A stretch of DNA of 64,000 nucleotides from a virus, in IMG/VR virus record IMGVR_UViG_3300009128_000008, positions 1 to 64,000 of that record; one strand, written 5' to 3'. The translations under genes and the position numbers were made by a program. This document shows positions 46,916 to 57,351 of the stretch, piece by piece; the first letter of the stretch is position 1, and each line of letters opens with the position of its first letter. Below the pieces are notes generated by a model, which did no database searches, had not been told where the DNA came from, and saw only the letters and a program-made list of their open reading frames with translations.

Positions 46916-48939
46916 TACATTATCCTATTCAGCGTAAATGCCCGTCTAGACCTATTCAATTGGTCAAAACTTGTTTCCGCACACTTAGAAATTAACCCCG
47001 GAACCACTGTTGAGGTAATTTTTATTTTCTTATCACAATCTGTAATTATGCTTAATCCGTCCGAAACACAATCACACAATGCTTGCACGGCATCTACTAC
47101 AATTGTTTCGCTACCTAATACAGAACACTGCAGTTCTACCGTATTATCACTCGCTGAACTGTGAATAGAAACCTTGGCATCAGCAATTTTCATTAACAAA
47201 TCAGAAGCTACTCTAGCAAACTCCACCTTATTGAAAAATGATTCGGTTTCCGCCTCTATTTTAATTAGAACATCTGTGGTGGGAAGCTCTCTATTTAATA
47301 TGCTATTTTTCACTATACTCTCCAACGGACCATTAGCCTCTCTGAACAAAGACTTTATAAATGACACAACCTCACCCCATATACCCTTTTCTGTAGTCTT
47401 ATCCTCTTGTGGAACTAATTTTGCTGTGGATTTTCCTGTTTTTACATCTTTTAGTTCTTCTGGCGAATACTGATCATGCCACTCTTTAACGGCTGGTTTT
47501 CTTCCTGGGGGCGGTGCTGGTTGCGATACAATTCCCGATAATTGAGGTAATATTTTCTTAACAAAAGTATTATATAATGAAGTAACCTCACCAGAATATC
47601 CCTTGATATTTGCGGTAAAATACTTATTCAAACCTAATACTACTGTAGCGCTCGTGGGATCGCCCGCTTCCATCCATTCCAAAGCCTTATCATAACGGCC
47701 ACCAATCAGCCTCCAATATCCCTCCGCACCATCTTCCGGGGTATCATAAGCTCTCCATTCTGCGCCTGTATGAGCATATTGTTTTCCGGAGCCGGTAAAG
47801 TCCGTTGTAGACATCACATAATAAGGCTTTCCAGACTTAATCCATGCTGGGAACGCCTTAATATTACCAACATTATTACAAGGCAATTTAATTGGATTGC
47901 GCCCGCTCTCTAAAACAACTTGCGCCCACGCTACACCTAAAGTCTCGGCTGTTGGATCTTTTCCAAATGCCCTTCTATATCCCTCTCTTAAAACATTAGC
48001 AAAACCAACCTCGCTCAAATGAGTCATCTTACGCGGGACTCGCTCTGCTAATTTGATAAGCTCGTCTTTTCTATTAGCATATACATTCATTATCTTCTGT
48101 AGCCGCAATTTATCTCGCGGTCTAACAGAAGTTCTTTGATCCATCACCCATACTCTTGCTTGGAAAGAAAATTGTGAGCCCGGCATTGCAAATCTATCCG
48201 TCATAACCTGAATAATAGTTTCTCCGGCAGCAATATTGGGAGCCCTCTTATGCGGCTTTCTAACATCAGCCGTCATTAGAGTTCCATTAGCAATAGCTTC
48301 TTTTAGATTTTCGGCCAATAGTGCAATATTCTGGTCCGAAAACATTGCATCCATATATTCCGGCGACAAATCTGTAAGACCTTCTATCCGAGTAAAAAGC
48401 TCATCTGCCAATCTTTTCAATGGAGATCCTTCCGATAAGCCTCCCACTTCTATATCGGCCGCTGTCAATCCGCTATACCAAGAAAAATCTTTAAGCTTCT
48501 TTCCATAACTCTTTTGAAGCTCGATATCATAACTCTCGGGCATTACCTTTTTTATTTTATCAAGAAATCCGGGCTCTTCCATTTCTTTAAAAGTATAATA
48601 CCAAACTTTATTCGCATCGCCCTCTACTTTATGAATTTCTGTCCAGAGCTGTTTTGTAAGATCTTTAACTTCTTCTAATGCTTCTCCGTATGCATTTACC
48701 TCGCCATCTCTAATAATCTCAGATAAGTTATTGATCTTTATTTCTAATTCTTCAACTATCTTACCTGTATATTCGGTTTCTTTATTTAATTTAGCAACTT
48801 CGGCTCTGTAGTCTGAGTCTGTTATTCTGCGTAAAAAATTCTTAAATCTGCGCAAAATTCCAGCGACTTTGACAACTTTTTTGTTATCAACGGCCTGTAA
48901 TTCAATAGCAATTTTCCTTATCTCATCAGTATTATGCAT
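46915..48939 (-). CDS. Multidomain protein with a GH73/FlgJ-like peptidoglycan hydrolase domain
   Basis: 'AQVVLESG', 'NNVGNIKA', 'WRAYDTPEDG…Y', 'RY', 'YFTA' (YxT motif). Confidence 0.72.
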   Translation of the reverse strand: MHNTDEIRKIAIELQAVDNKKVVKVAGILRRFKNFLRRITDSDYRAEVAKLNKETEYTGKIVEELEIKINNLSEIIRDGEVNAYGEALEEVKDLTKQLWTEIHKVEGDANKVWYYTFKEMEEPGFLDKIKKVMPESYDIELQKSYGKKLKDFSWYSGLTAADIEVGGLSEGSPLKRLADELFTRIEGLTDLSPEYMDAMFSDQNIALLAENLKEAIANGTLMTADVRKPHKRAPNIAAGETIIQVMTDRFAMPGSQFSFQARVWVMDQRTSVRPRDKLRLQKIMNVYANRKDELIKLAERVPRKMTHLSEVGFANVLREGYRRAFGKDPTAETLGVAWAQVVLESGRNPIKLPCNNVGNIKAFPAWIKSGKPYYVMSTTDFTGSGKQYAHTGAEWRAYDTPEDGAEGYWRLIGGRYDKALEWMEAGDPTSATVVLGLNKYFTANIKGYSGEVTSLYNTFVKKILPQLSGIVSQPAPPPGRKPAVKEWHDQYSPEELKDVKTGKSTAKLVPQEDKTTEKGIWGEVVSFIKSLFREANGPLESIVKNSILNRELPTTDVLIKIEAETESFFNKVEFARVASDLLMKIADAKVSIHSSASDNTVELQCSVLGSETIVVDAVQALCDCVSDGLSIITDCDKKIKITSTVVPGLISKCAETSFDQLNRSRRAFTLNRIM

Positions 48940-51031
48940 CCAAAATACCTTCAGCTATAGCTATAAATTTTAAGCTATCTTCTGGGCGTTTGTCTTCTAT
49001 ATATTCAGAATACTTTAACAACATTGAGGCGATTAGTTTTGGATTATTAGATTTTGCGGCCTTTACCAACAATTTAACAAACTCCTTATTCTCAGCATTT
49101 GTGGCAGGCTCAAATTCTATAACATCAGCGCCGCCTTCCTGCTGATAATGTTTCCATCCAGGAGAATGTTTTGTTCCTTTTTGCTCCTTGATTTTAACTC
49201 GACCTGGCGGCGGTGCCTCCGGCTCTCGATATTTAGGAGGAAATTCTGGAGAGACTTGGGTTCTTGGCACTCCCTCTTCCTCGGGAGCAGGCAATGGTTC
49301 AAACACCGTCCCTGGCTCAGACTCTATTCCTGGATCAGACTCTACTTCTGTCTCTGATGCAGCAGGTATTTCTGGCGCCGGAGTGGTTGGAGCTGATTCC
49401 CCAACAGTCTCTGGAGCCCATGACGACTCTGGAACTGTTTTTGGTGCATCCTCTTCCCCTAATCCAGTTTGATCTATCATAGTTAGTGCCATCTGCTCTA
49501 ATTGCTTTGCCCAATTATATACTTCTTGTGGCGTAATATTTTGAGCCGATTTTGTTATTTGATCTACTAGTCTTTTTTGGGTCTCTACCTTAACTTCAGG
49601 GGGCGGTGGTGCTTCATAAGGCACTGTGAGTTCTTGAGACCTCTGTGTTCTTTGAATGGGTTCTGTTTCAGGTTCAGATCTTGGTGGTCGCGGGATATCT
49701 ACCTTAGCTGGAACTACTGGCGTCTCGCTAACCGGCTTTGGATGTTCAACTCTAACTGGCTGTCTCGGGCCCCTTTTCTTATACTGTTGAATAAGTCGTT
49801 TAAGCTCAGCAGAAGGCATCGCCCTATATTTAGAATAAGATTCTGCTTGTTCTGGTGCCGGGGGAAGCGGTACCGTTTCATCTTCTCTAGGATATTCCTC
49901 TGGTATTTTTTCTGTTTGTGGCCACCGCCCCTTATACGGATCGTCAGATGGCCCTTCAGACGGTAATGGAGGTGGCCTAGGAATTCGCCTTGTATAACCC
50001 TTGGGAACCGGCTCTTCTTCTCCAGCTAACTCGCCTGCCGGCATTTCACCTGGCGCAACCTCTCCTGAAGGCTCTATTAACTCAACATCTTCTTCGCCCA
50101 CTTCTATCACTTCAGATTTCGGCGCCTCACCTTCCCCTGGAGCTGTCACTTCCTGTTGCGCCTCTTCCTCTGCTCTTTGCTCTTCTTTTTGAGCTTCGCG
50201 TCGAGCCTCTAATATGGGCACGGCTCTTGCTTGTATATGCTTCGCAAAGACATTGGCATATTTGGTACTAAATTTTGCTTGTTCCTCAGAAATCTTTTTA
50301 ATGGTGTCCGTATAAGTAACAAGATCACCTTTCGCTACAGCCGCACTAAGTGTCTTGAGGTGAGCTTTAATCTTTTTTGCGGTCGAGTCTGCCAAAGAAA
50401 TTAATGATTTGACAGCTATTTTGTATTTTCTATCTATAGGAGGTATAACTCTTTTTTCAACAAGGCCTTTAGTAAGTTTGTCAGTGATATAATCGAGAAT
50501 GCCCGCCGTAGACACTTTGTCAGATGCTTTTATCTGCTGTAACATCTCCATTATCTCTTCGTCATCCTTGCCCATAGCCTTTATAGCTGCCAACAAGTTC
50601 AATAATTCCTGATCATCTTTGGTAGGCCCCTTTACTGCCGCCAATAATTCTTCATCCGTGCCAGTACCAAAATCCCCCAAATATTGTTTGCCAAAATCTC
50701 TAACGGCTTGCTGGTGATGAGGCTGAACTCGTTGACCACTCATTACAATGGCTCTAAGTCTAAGATTAAGCTGCGCCAGTAATACAGCAAGATTAGCTGG
50801 GCGCTTATATTCTGCTTTCATGCTTTTAACAATAGAACTTATTTCGGTCGCCCACCGTTCCACATCATCATGTATTTTTTCTAATTGTTCAATCTTTTCG
50901 GCATAAGCTTCGTCGCCTCTTTCAGCCAACATTCGCCCCCAACCACCTGGCGTAAGAACTTTTCGCATCCAAATGCCAGGCCGCGCCGCAGTAATAATAA
51001 TAATCTCTTCATTTGTATAGTTTTGCATCAT
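48932..51031 (-). CDS. Head-region protein with a long Pro/Glu-rich disordered segment
   Basis: Composition; directly downstream of portal. Confidence 0.55.
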   Translation of the reverse strand: MMQNYTNEEIIIITAARPGIWMRKVLTPGGWGRMLAERGDEAYAEKIEQLEKIHDDVERWATEISSIVKSMKAEYKRPANLAVLLAQLNLRLRAIVMSGQRVQPHHQQAVRDFGKQYLGDFGTGTDEELLAAVKGPTKDDQELLNLLAAIKAMGKDDEEIMEMLQQIKASDKVSTAGILDYITDKLTKGLVEKRVIPPIDRKYKIAVKSLISLADSTAKKIKAHLKTLSAAVAKGDLVTYTDTIKKISEEQAKFSTKYANVFAKHIQARAVPILEARREAQKEEQRAEEEAQQEVTAPGEGEAPKSEVIEVGEEDVELIEPSGEVAPGEMPAGELAGEEEPVPKGYTRRIPRPPPLPSEGPSDDPYKGRWPQTEKIPEEYPREDETVPLPPAPEQAESYSKYRAMPSAELKRLIQQYKKRGPRQPVRVEHPKPVSETPVVPAKVDIPRPPRSEPETEPIQRTQRSQELTVPYEAPPPPEVKVETQKRLVDQITKSAQNITPQEVYNWAKQLEQMALTMIDQTGLGEEDAPKTVPESSWAPETVGESAPTTPAPEIPAASETEVESDPGIESEPGTVFEPLPAPEEEGVPRTQVSPEFPPKYREPEAPPPGRVKIKEQKGTKHSPGWKHYQQEGGADVIEFEPATNAENKEFVKLLVKAAKSNNPKLIASMLLKYSEYIEDKRPEDSLKFIAIAEGILDA

Positions 51032-51113
51032 AAACCCTCAAAAAGACACACCAACACCACTAATCAATATAATATAATAATATGCCTGTCAAACATCAAA
51101 TTATATTGTATGA

Positions 51114-52973
51114 TTAAATTGCCGGAACCTCTCCTCCGCCACCTTCTGCAGCAGCCGCGGGAGCCTCAGCGGCCTCACCACCGCCCCCTTCCATTGGAGG
51201 CATTTCAGGAGGGGCGCCTAAATCTGGAGGTGCTCCTGGGGGCATACCGGGCAATCCCATATCGCCCATTCCAGCTTCTTCACCGCCAACACCCTCTCCA
51301 CCAGCAGCTTCACCAGGTAATGGTTGTTCCGCGGGCTCTTGAATCTCATCATCAGGGCCTAAAGAGCGCAATTCATTAAGATCCATCTTGGCCATAATCT
51401 CACTTTCCTTCGCCATAATCTGTTCTTCGATGGATTCTTCTTTAATTCTCCTAACTTCATCCTCCCAATCCAAGCCCATGGATCTATAGAGAGTCTGTAG
51501 TGATGCTTTCTTTGTCTCACCCTGCACTACTAATTGAGATAAAGCTTGAATGTAGTCAGTTGTGTCAAACAATGACATATGATTCCACTCGACCTCGGGA
51601 ACAATCAAGACTTTTTCGCCATCGGTATATTCATAAAAATCATTAATCTTAGAAATCGGAGCAAAAATCTTTCTTCGCAACCAAGCAGACAACATATTTC
51701 TAAATTGCATGTAACGCTGACGCAAAACATCAAGGGTCACACCACCATTAGCATAAGTAACATCCGCTCCGCCGTCCATTAATACCTGAGGAACCAACAG
51801 CCCGATATAAATTTCTTTCATTAACTGTGTAACATCATTAGCAATATCTATAATTGCGCCTTGAGCACCAATACGTTCTACAACAACTTGTTCATGACAG
51901 AAAATCTTAAAATCTTTATCATATTGTGCGCTCTCCCAAAGCTCACGCCATGCCTCTAGATCTGCCGGAGATGGTTTATAACTTTCTCCGCCCACCTTAA
52001 TTAAAGTAACGGGATTTATTAAATTATAAGCCTGAGCAAACTTAGACTCTCTTAATAGGTCAAACAACATTAACTGGCGGAAACACGATACCACCAATCC
52101 AGTTCCCCTAATTTCGTAAGGACTAATCTTCCTGGCTAAATGAGAAGCGTAAAAATTACTTAACGGAATATTCTCGCCACGCTTCACATGCTCTATAATA
52201 CTTTGATCTAATCGTTTCCTTTGCTGAACATCCGCCGGCCGATTAGAAGTTACAATTCTTTTGAGATTCTCATCAGGACGCAAACTAATAATGGGCTCTC
52301 CAGCTACAACAGAATGCTTAACAACGATATAATCTGGGTTTTGTATAATCAGTCTATCCCATTTTCCAGCATTTTCATCAATTTCCGCATAAACAAATGC
52401 CTCGCCAAGAGTCCAATATTCTTGAGCAAGTTGGGTACACACATTCATAAGATCGATCTCTTCCGCCATATTAGCGAAAAAATCCTCAATCTTTTTATTT
52501 TTACATCTAATATTTAGTTTAGAAATTGGATATGTTGAATGTAATGATATAGCATTTTGTACAATAGGATTTAAAGCAAAAAACGCTCTACACCAAGCGT
52601 TAATTGTTGCCCTATCTCGCGGCAAGTTTAGATTACTAGTTAGCCAAAGAGGGCTATAGATCTCCGGAACCTGACGGACAGCTCCACCAGGACCGCGAAA
52701 ACTATTAGTACCAGCGGCCCCACCAGCTCCTAAAGAAGAAGTCTGTGCATATTTTCTAAAAGAAGAAGATACAGCATGGCTCGCCTCAGTTGTTCCAAAT
52801 CTACCTGGAATTTGATACTGACCAGAACTACCCTCTTCTCGATACTGACCGCTAGCAACCTCATCATCTAAAACCGTCCTTCTATAAGGGGTAACAGACG
52901 TTGCCATTTTGCGGGTAGCTACAGGCGCAACTGACCTTCTACGCATAAATCTTTCGGAATTTGTTTCTACCAT
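51114..52973 (-). CDS. Portal protein
   Basis: 'NPIVQNAI', 'YWTLGEAF', 'QNPDYI', 'YEIRGTGL', 'GLLVP…GG…YAN'; acidic Gly/Pro tail; near terminase. Confidence 0.85.
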   Translation of the reverse strand: MVETNSERFMRRRSVAPVATRKMATSVTPYRRTVLDDEVASGQYREEGSSGQYQIPGRFGTTEASHAVSSSFRKYAQTSSLGAGGAAGTNSFRGPGGAVRQVPEIYSPLWLTSNLNLPRDRATINAWCRAFFALNPIVQNAISLHSTYPISKLNIRCKNKKIEDFFANMAEEIDLMNVCTQLAQEYWTLGEAFVYAEIDENAGKWDRLIIQNPDYIVVKHSVVAGEPIISLRPDENLKRIVTSNRPADVQQRKRLDQSIIEHVKRGENIPLSNFYASHLARKISPYEIRGTGLVVSCFRQLMLFDLLRESKFAQAYNLINPVTLIKVGGESYKPSPADLEAWRELWESAQYDKDFKIFCHEQVVVERIGAQGAIIDIANDVTQLMKEIYIGLLVPQVLMDGGADVTYANGGVTLDVLRQRYMQFRNMLSAWLRRKIFAPISKINDFYEYTDGEKVLIVPEVEWNHMSLFDTTDYIQALSQLVVQGETKKASLQTLYRSMGLDWEDEVRRIKEESIEEQIMAKESEIMAKMDLNELRSLGPDDEIQEPAEQPLPGEAAGGEGVGGEEAGMGDMGLPGMPPGAPPDLGAPPEMPPMEGGGGEAAEAPAAAAEGGGGEVPAI

Positions 52974-53231
52974 TTCGTTCCTATATATTTTAAAACCTTA
53001 CCTAAAGACCTAAATATTGATATTGATTATCATAACTTGGCCTGTTCGCACCGTAAAATGTAGGCATTAAAACTCGACATGTATTAATTAAAATGCATGT
53101 ATGTAGAGTGTTTTATATCGATATTGGATAAACTATGACAAATAATTTTCTAAAACAAAACATTACATAAGCTATATAACACAAGCAGAAGGAGTTAAAA
53201 CAACAAAACCCTACAAAGATAGACGCAAAAT

Positions 53232-54563
53232 ATGAAATATACATATGTACTAGATACCTCTGTAATAATTTATGACCCCTATTGTGTAGAAAAATTTCCA
53301 GATTCAAATATAATACTCCAAGTGTTCGTTCTAAACGAATTGGATAAAATTAAAAAGATGTCAAGTGATGCTGGGAAAAATGCTCGCACATTTATTCGTC
53401 TGTTAGATGAAATATGCGGCAACGGCAAATTACATAAAGGCGTAAAGCTACAGAACAAATCAATTATTAAAGTAGACACAACACAGCATGATGTGTCTAA
53501 ATTTGGAGACACCGGATACGTAGACAATCAAATACTATCTTGCGCAAATTCTCTGTCTAAAAAACTCAGAGGAACCAGGGTTGTATTGATTAGCAAGGAT
53601 ATTAATCTTCGCGTACGGGCTCAATCTTTTAATATTGCAGCCGAAGATTATGAAAAAGACGGAATAAAAATTAGAAAAAGAAACGACAGATTATATTCTG
53701 GCGTGGTTACAATAGAAAGCCCTGTATTAAGCGGAGAATTGTGTAATGAAAAATTTCTAGAGTGTAAAAAACACCCAGAACTAAAAAACATATTACCAAA
53801 TGAATGCGTACACTTTGCCGACAAGTACGGAAATGGAAACACTCTTGGAAGAAGATCTGGTGGTGATATTAATATTGTTCGAGATAATGACCTTTGGACA
53901 ATAAATACCAGAAATAAAGAACAAGCATTCGCGGCCGATCTCCTATTAGATCCCGATATTTCGCTTGTATCATTAATAGGAAAAGCAGGCACAGGAAAAA
54001 CTTTGCTCTCAATAGCCGCGGGATTAGAATTATTAATAAATCAAAAAATATATAATAAATTTATAATATATCGACCAATGCAAGCAGTTGGTAACGAGTT
54101 GGGATATCTACCGGGTAATATGGAAGAAAAGCTTGAGCCTTGGATGGAAGCTATTAAAGACAGCTTGGATTATTTAACATCATTCAAAAAGAAAAGGCGA
54201 GGCAAAAAAGCGGCCATTAAAGATAATTGGCGAGATAATCTTGGACAATATTCTGATAGTATCTTTTTGGAGCCAATAACTTACATTCGGGGTAGAAGTA
54301 TTCCAAATGCCTATATGATGATAGATGAAGCTCAGAATTTGTCTAAGAGCGAAATCAAAACCGTCCTTACCCGCGTTGGTCCTGGTACAAAAATAGTGCT
54401 TACAGGAGATATTGAGCAAACAGATGGACCGCACCTAGATGCCATAAATAATGGATTAACTCATGTTGCATCTGCCTTTAGAAGCTCAACATTATCCGGA
54501 CATATAACGCTAATAAAGGGTGAGAGAAGCAAGCTGGCAACTGAAGCCTCAAATATTTTATAA
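53232..54563 (+). CDS. phoH: PIN-PhoH (PhoH2/YlaK-like) protein
   Basis: PIN 'VLDTSV…ELD…DNQI…SKDINLR'; 'GKAGTGKT', 'LGYLPG', 'RGRS', 'IDEAQN', 'GDIEQ', 'ERS'. Confidence 0.93.
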   Translation: MKYTYVLDTSVIIYDPYCVEKFPDSNIILQVFVLNELDKIKKMSSDAGKNARTFIRLLDEICGNGKLHKGVKLQNKSIIKVDTTQHDVSKFGDTGYVDNQILSCANSLSKKLRGTRVVLISKDINLRVRAQSFNIAAEDYEKDGIKIRKRNDRLYSGVVTIESPVLSGELCNEKFLECKKHPELKNILPNECVHFADKYGNGNTLGRRSGGDINIVRDNDLWTINTRNKEQAFAADLLLDPDISLVSLIGKAGTGKTLLSIAAGLELLINQKIYNKFIIYRPMQAVGNELGYLPGNMEEKLEPWMEAIKDSLDYLTSFKKKRRGKKAAIKDNWRDNLGQYSDSIFLEPITYIRGRSIPNAYMMIDEAQNLSKSEIKTVLTRVGPGTKIVLTGDIEQTDGPHLDAINNGLTHVASAFRSSTLSGHITLIKGERSKLATEASNIL

Positions 54564-56492
54564 TTATCTGTTCCGATTTAACGGGTTCATAAATGGTAAA
54601 TATCCACCGACGGCAGGAATTCCAGTTGGTGCCGACGGATCATTGTCCTGATCGTCTGGATGTATAATTTTAAAACCACCACTAATATCGAATTTATAAG
54701 CAAGATAAGCATTCAATAACGCCATAAATCCATCATTAGGCGTAGACCCTTTTACATATCTAATATTAATATTGCCGCCACGATCCATTGTTGGTTTAAC
54801 CTCCATGGACGAGCAATGCTGTACCAACCAGCCAATCTGCTCATAACTGCCATATGGAAATCTAATCTGTCCCTTCTTCATCATAGAAAATAGTTCTTCA
54901 ATATAAAAATCTCTTTCAAAAATAATTTCTTTTGGATATACATCGTCAGAAAACTTTACATGATGCTTTATTTTTCCTCCAGCACGACTAGCTAAGAACC
55001 TATCGCCATACTCTCTCTGCAAATTAGCGGTGAGATCATTAGCATAACCAATATCACCAATTGCCTGTGTTACACTATATTGTCGCAACAACTGATCCAC
55101 TATTGCTTTTTTATACTCTGGATCATTTTTTTTCAACAATAAAGCAAAATCAACAGACAATAGATCTGGGCCCTCAAGAGTAAGAACTACTGCTGAACTA
55201 TATGATTGTCCTTGCTGTCTTTTCTCTCTATCACCTATAACCATCTGGCCAGCATCTATTTTTTGTCCCCAGTCCAGCCCTAAATATACACGCTTGCTTT
55301 CCTCTAACAAAATAGTCTTTCTAAATTTCCTGCCCATATCCGCACAAAGCTCGTGAATTTCGTCGGCGGTAATTGGAGAGGCATCACCAGTAAAGAACTC
55401 TCCCAAAACTTCTGTTTGATATAAGCGCTCAGTATTAGTTGGATGATTCTCCGGTTTTTCAGAGATAATTTTGCTCCTAGGAAAATGCGGCATATACAGC
55501 TGATTCAAATGATAACCGACAAAATCTGCATCTTTATCAGCATTAACCGCCACCCATTTTCCTCGCTCAGCAGCCGGACGCTTATCTTGCTCATGGCCGC
55601 AATGAATACATTTTACTATAAATCCATGACTAGGATGATCTGGTGGCAAATCATCCTCTATCCAAATCTCTTCCCAATCAGACGACTCGGGGGTATACAA
55701 TGGAAAATGCTCACCACACTTTTCACATCCTAAGTAATAATATTGCTGAGTTGAAGATAGCCAAATCTTATGAAAATCTGAGCCCTTTGCTTTTGGGGTT
55801 CCAAAATATACCTGAATCCCCTCACCAACCGCTCCATATTTAGCTTGTGACAAACACTTGACAGCATTAGACAGGGCTACTCCTGGAATATCCTGGACCT
55901 CATCAAAAAACATGGCATCAACTGTACGACCACGAATCCTATCTCCGGTTAACCCTACCGAATCTACCAATATATGATTTCCATACTCAAATTGTTTGTA
56001 CTGCAAGGAATCGTTTGAAGATGCAGAACGGTCTAATCTCGCCTCTATATAAGATTTGGGTTTTGCGGTTTTTATCTGGCTGCTGTCGGAAGGTACAGCC
56101 ATCTTAATCATAGTATTCAGTTTGGTTTTAGTATAAATATACCCCAAATCTAATAACGGAAAACAATGCATTACACGCATTGGCGCCCTATTATTAGTGC
56201 CAAATAAGCCCGAGCACATAAAGAATAACTCCAATGCGCCTGCCATGGTAGTCGCGCCAATCTGTCGTCCCTTAGTAATAACTACAGGTTTCGAGTCTGA
56301 TTCTAATGCTTTTATCCCAATATATCTATAGACATCCGCTAATGGCTTATAACCATTGCCATGCAAACTAAACTGGTCGCCGTCTAATGTTAAATATCTC
56401 TCGCAAAAACCACACGGATCTATAGATAAGACACCATCGCGCATCTTGGCAAACAGATCCTGCCCGTCTTTAATTTCACTTAAACTATCCAT
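54564..56492 (-). CDS. terL: Terminase large subunit (lambda GpA-like, Zn ribbon)
   Basis: Walker A 'KGRQIGATT', Walker B 'FFDEVQD', 'GTP', CxxC pairs, nuclease 'GLDWG…D'. Confidence 0.9.
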   Translation of the reverse strand: MDSLSEIKDGQDLFAKMRDGVLSIDPCGFCERYLTLDGDQFSLHGNGYKPLADVYRYIGIKALESDSKPVVITKGRQIGATTMAGALELFFMCSGLFGTNNRAPMRVMHCFPLLDLGYIYTKTKLNTMIKMAVPSDSSQIKTAKPKSYIEARLDRSASSNDSLQYKQFEYGNHILVDSVGLTGDRIRGRTVDAMFFDEVQDIPGVALSNAVKCLSQAKYGAVGEGIQVYFGTPKAKGSDFHKIWLSSTQQYYYLGCEKCGEHFPLYTPESSDWEEIWIEDDLPPDHPSHGFIVKCIHCGHEQDKRPAAERGKWVAVNADKDADFVGYHLNQLYMPHFPRSKIISEKPENHPTNTERLYQTEVLGEFFTGDASPITADEIHELCADMGRKFRKTILLEESKRVYLGLDWGQKIDAGQMVIGDREKRQQGQSYSSAVVLTLEGPDLLSVDFALLLKKNDPEYKKAIVDQLLRQYSVTQAIGDIGYANDLTANLQREYGDRFLASRAGGKIKHHVKFSDDVYPKEIIFERDFYIEELFSMMKKGQIRFPYGSYEQIGWLVQHCSSMEVKPTMDRGGNINIRYVKGSTPNDGFMALLNAYLAYKFDISGGFKIIHPDDQDNDPSAPTGIPAVGGYLPFMNPLNRNR

Positions 56493-56502
56493 AAATTATA
56501 TA

Positions 56503-57147
56503 TTAGGTGTTTGGCATAAATGGAGCGAAGAAATCACTATTATCTTCGTCTGACTCCATATCATCAACGCCAACACCTCGCCCGATATTAGACTCATTAG
56601 CATTATCGGACGGATTCAACTTAATCTCCTCTGTAATCAGATTATTAATATAAATGGCAACTTTATCGCTGTCAAACTGATCTGGAGAAATATACTTCTT
56701 AAACACACCAGCGGCATCACTTTGAACAGCAGGAACTGATATTTGTCCCCTATGCGTTTTTATATAATTTTTAATAAATGTTTTAATTTCATCTTGCACA
56801 CTTGCCGGAACATCTGCGTCAAACACATCTTCTTCTTGCTGTGCGGTTTTTTGGGCTCCCTCATCGCCTGACGAAACTCTTTTAAGATATTCAGTTAGCC
56901 CAACTCTATCTTGCAACTCTTTAACGGCGCTCTCTACAGTAGCATGATGAGGTTTATTTCTAACAACATAATTAATTTGGTCATATAATGATTGCTGACT
57001 GCGCTTTCTTCCAACGTCTACAGCAGATTCATTCCCTTTTTCTTTTGCTGCTAAATTATCTGCAAAGCTATCTAGCCAACTAACACGCTCACTGGACGCT
57101 CTTTCATGTGCGTCACCCCTATTAAATTTGAAATTACCCCTGCTCAT
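56503..57147 (-). CDS. Hypothetical protein upstream of terminase
   Basis: ORF in operon; contains 'QKTAQ'. Confidence 0.55.
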   Translation of the reverse strand: MSRGNFKFNRGDAHERASSERVSWLDSFADNLAAKEKGNESAVDVGRKRSQQSLYDQINYVVRNKPHHATVESAVKELQDRVGLTEYLKRVSSGDEGAQKTAQQEEDVFDADVPASVQDEIKTFIKNYIKTHRGQISVPAVQSDAAGVFKKYISPDQFDSDKVAIYINNLITEEIKLNPSDNANESNIGRGVGVDDMESDEDNSDFFAPFMPNT

Positions 57148-57343
57148 TATTTTTACCTTCTAATTGTGTTAGCTTATTTTTCGTTGCAATCAATTCTTCC
57201 GCTAAAAACATACGATTCTGTACTTCCCACCTCAAAAGCACCAGCAAATCATCTCGCGATAATATTCCCAGAAAATCTAAATAATCTGACAAAATTGCTT
57301 CAGATTTTGCCGTGTTTTTTAGCACTTCGTTTGCTTCCCTCAT
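57134..57343 (-). CDS. Small hypothetical protein
   Basis: Fills the gap; AGGA upstream. Confidence 0.45.
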   Translation of the reverse strand: MREANEVLKNTAKSEAILSDYLDFLGILSRDDLLVLLRWEVQNRMFLAEELIATKNKLTQLEGKNNEQG

Positions 57344-57351
57344 ATGATTCC

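Noticed and set aside
56503-57147. Terminase small subunit
   Set aside because: Position fits but there is no recognisable HTH/TerS motif; left as hypothetical.
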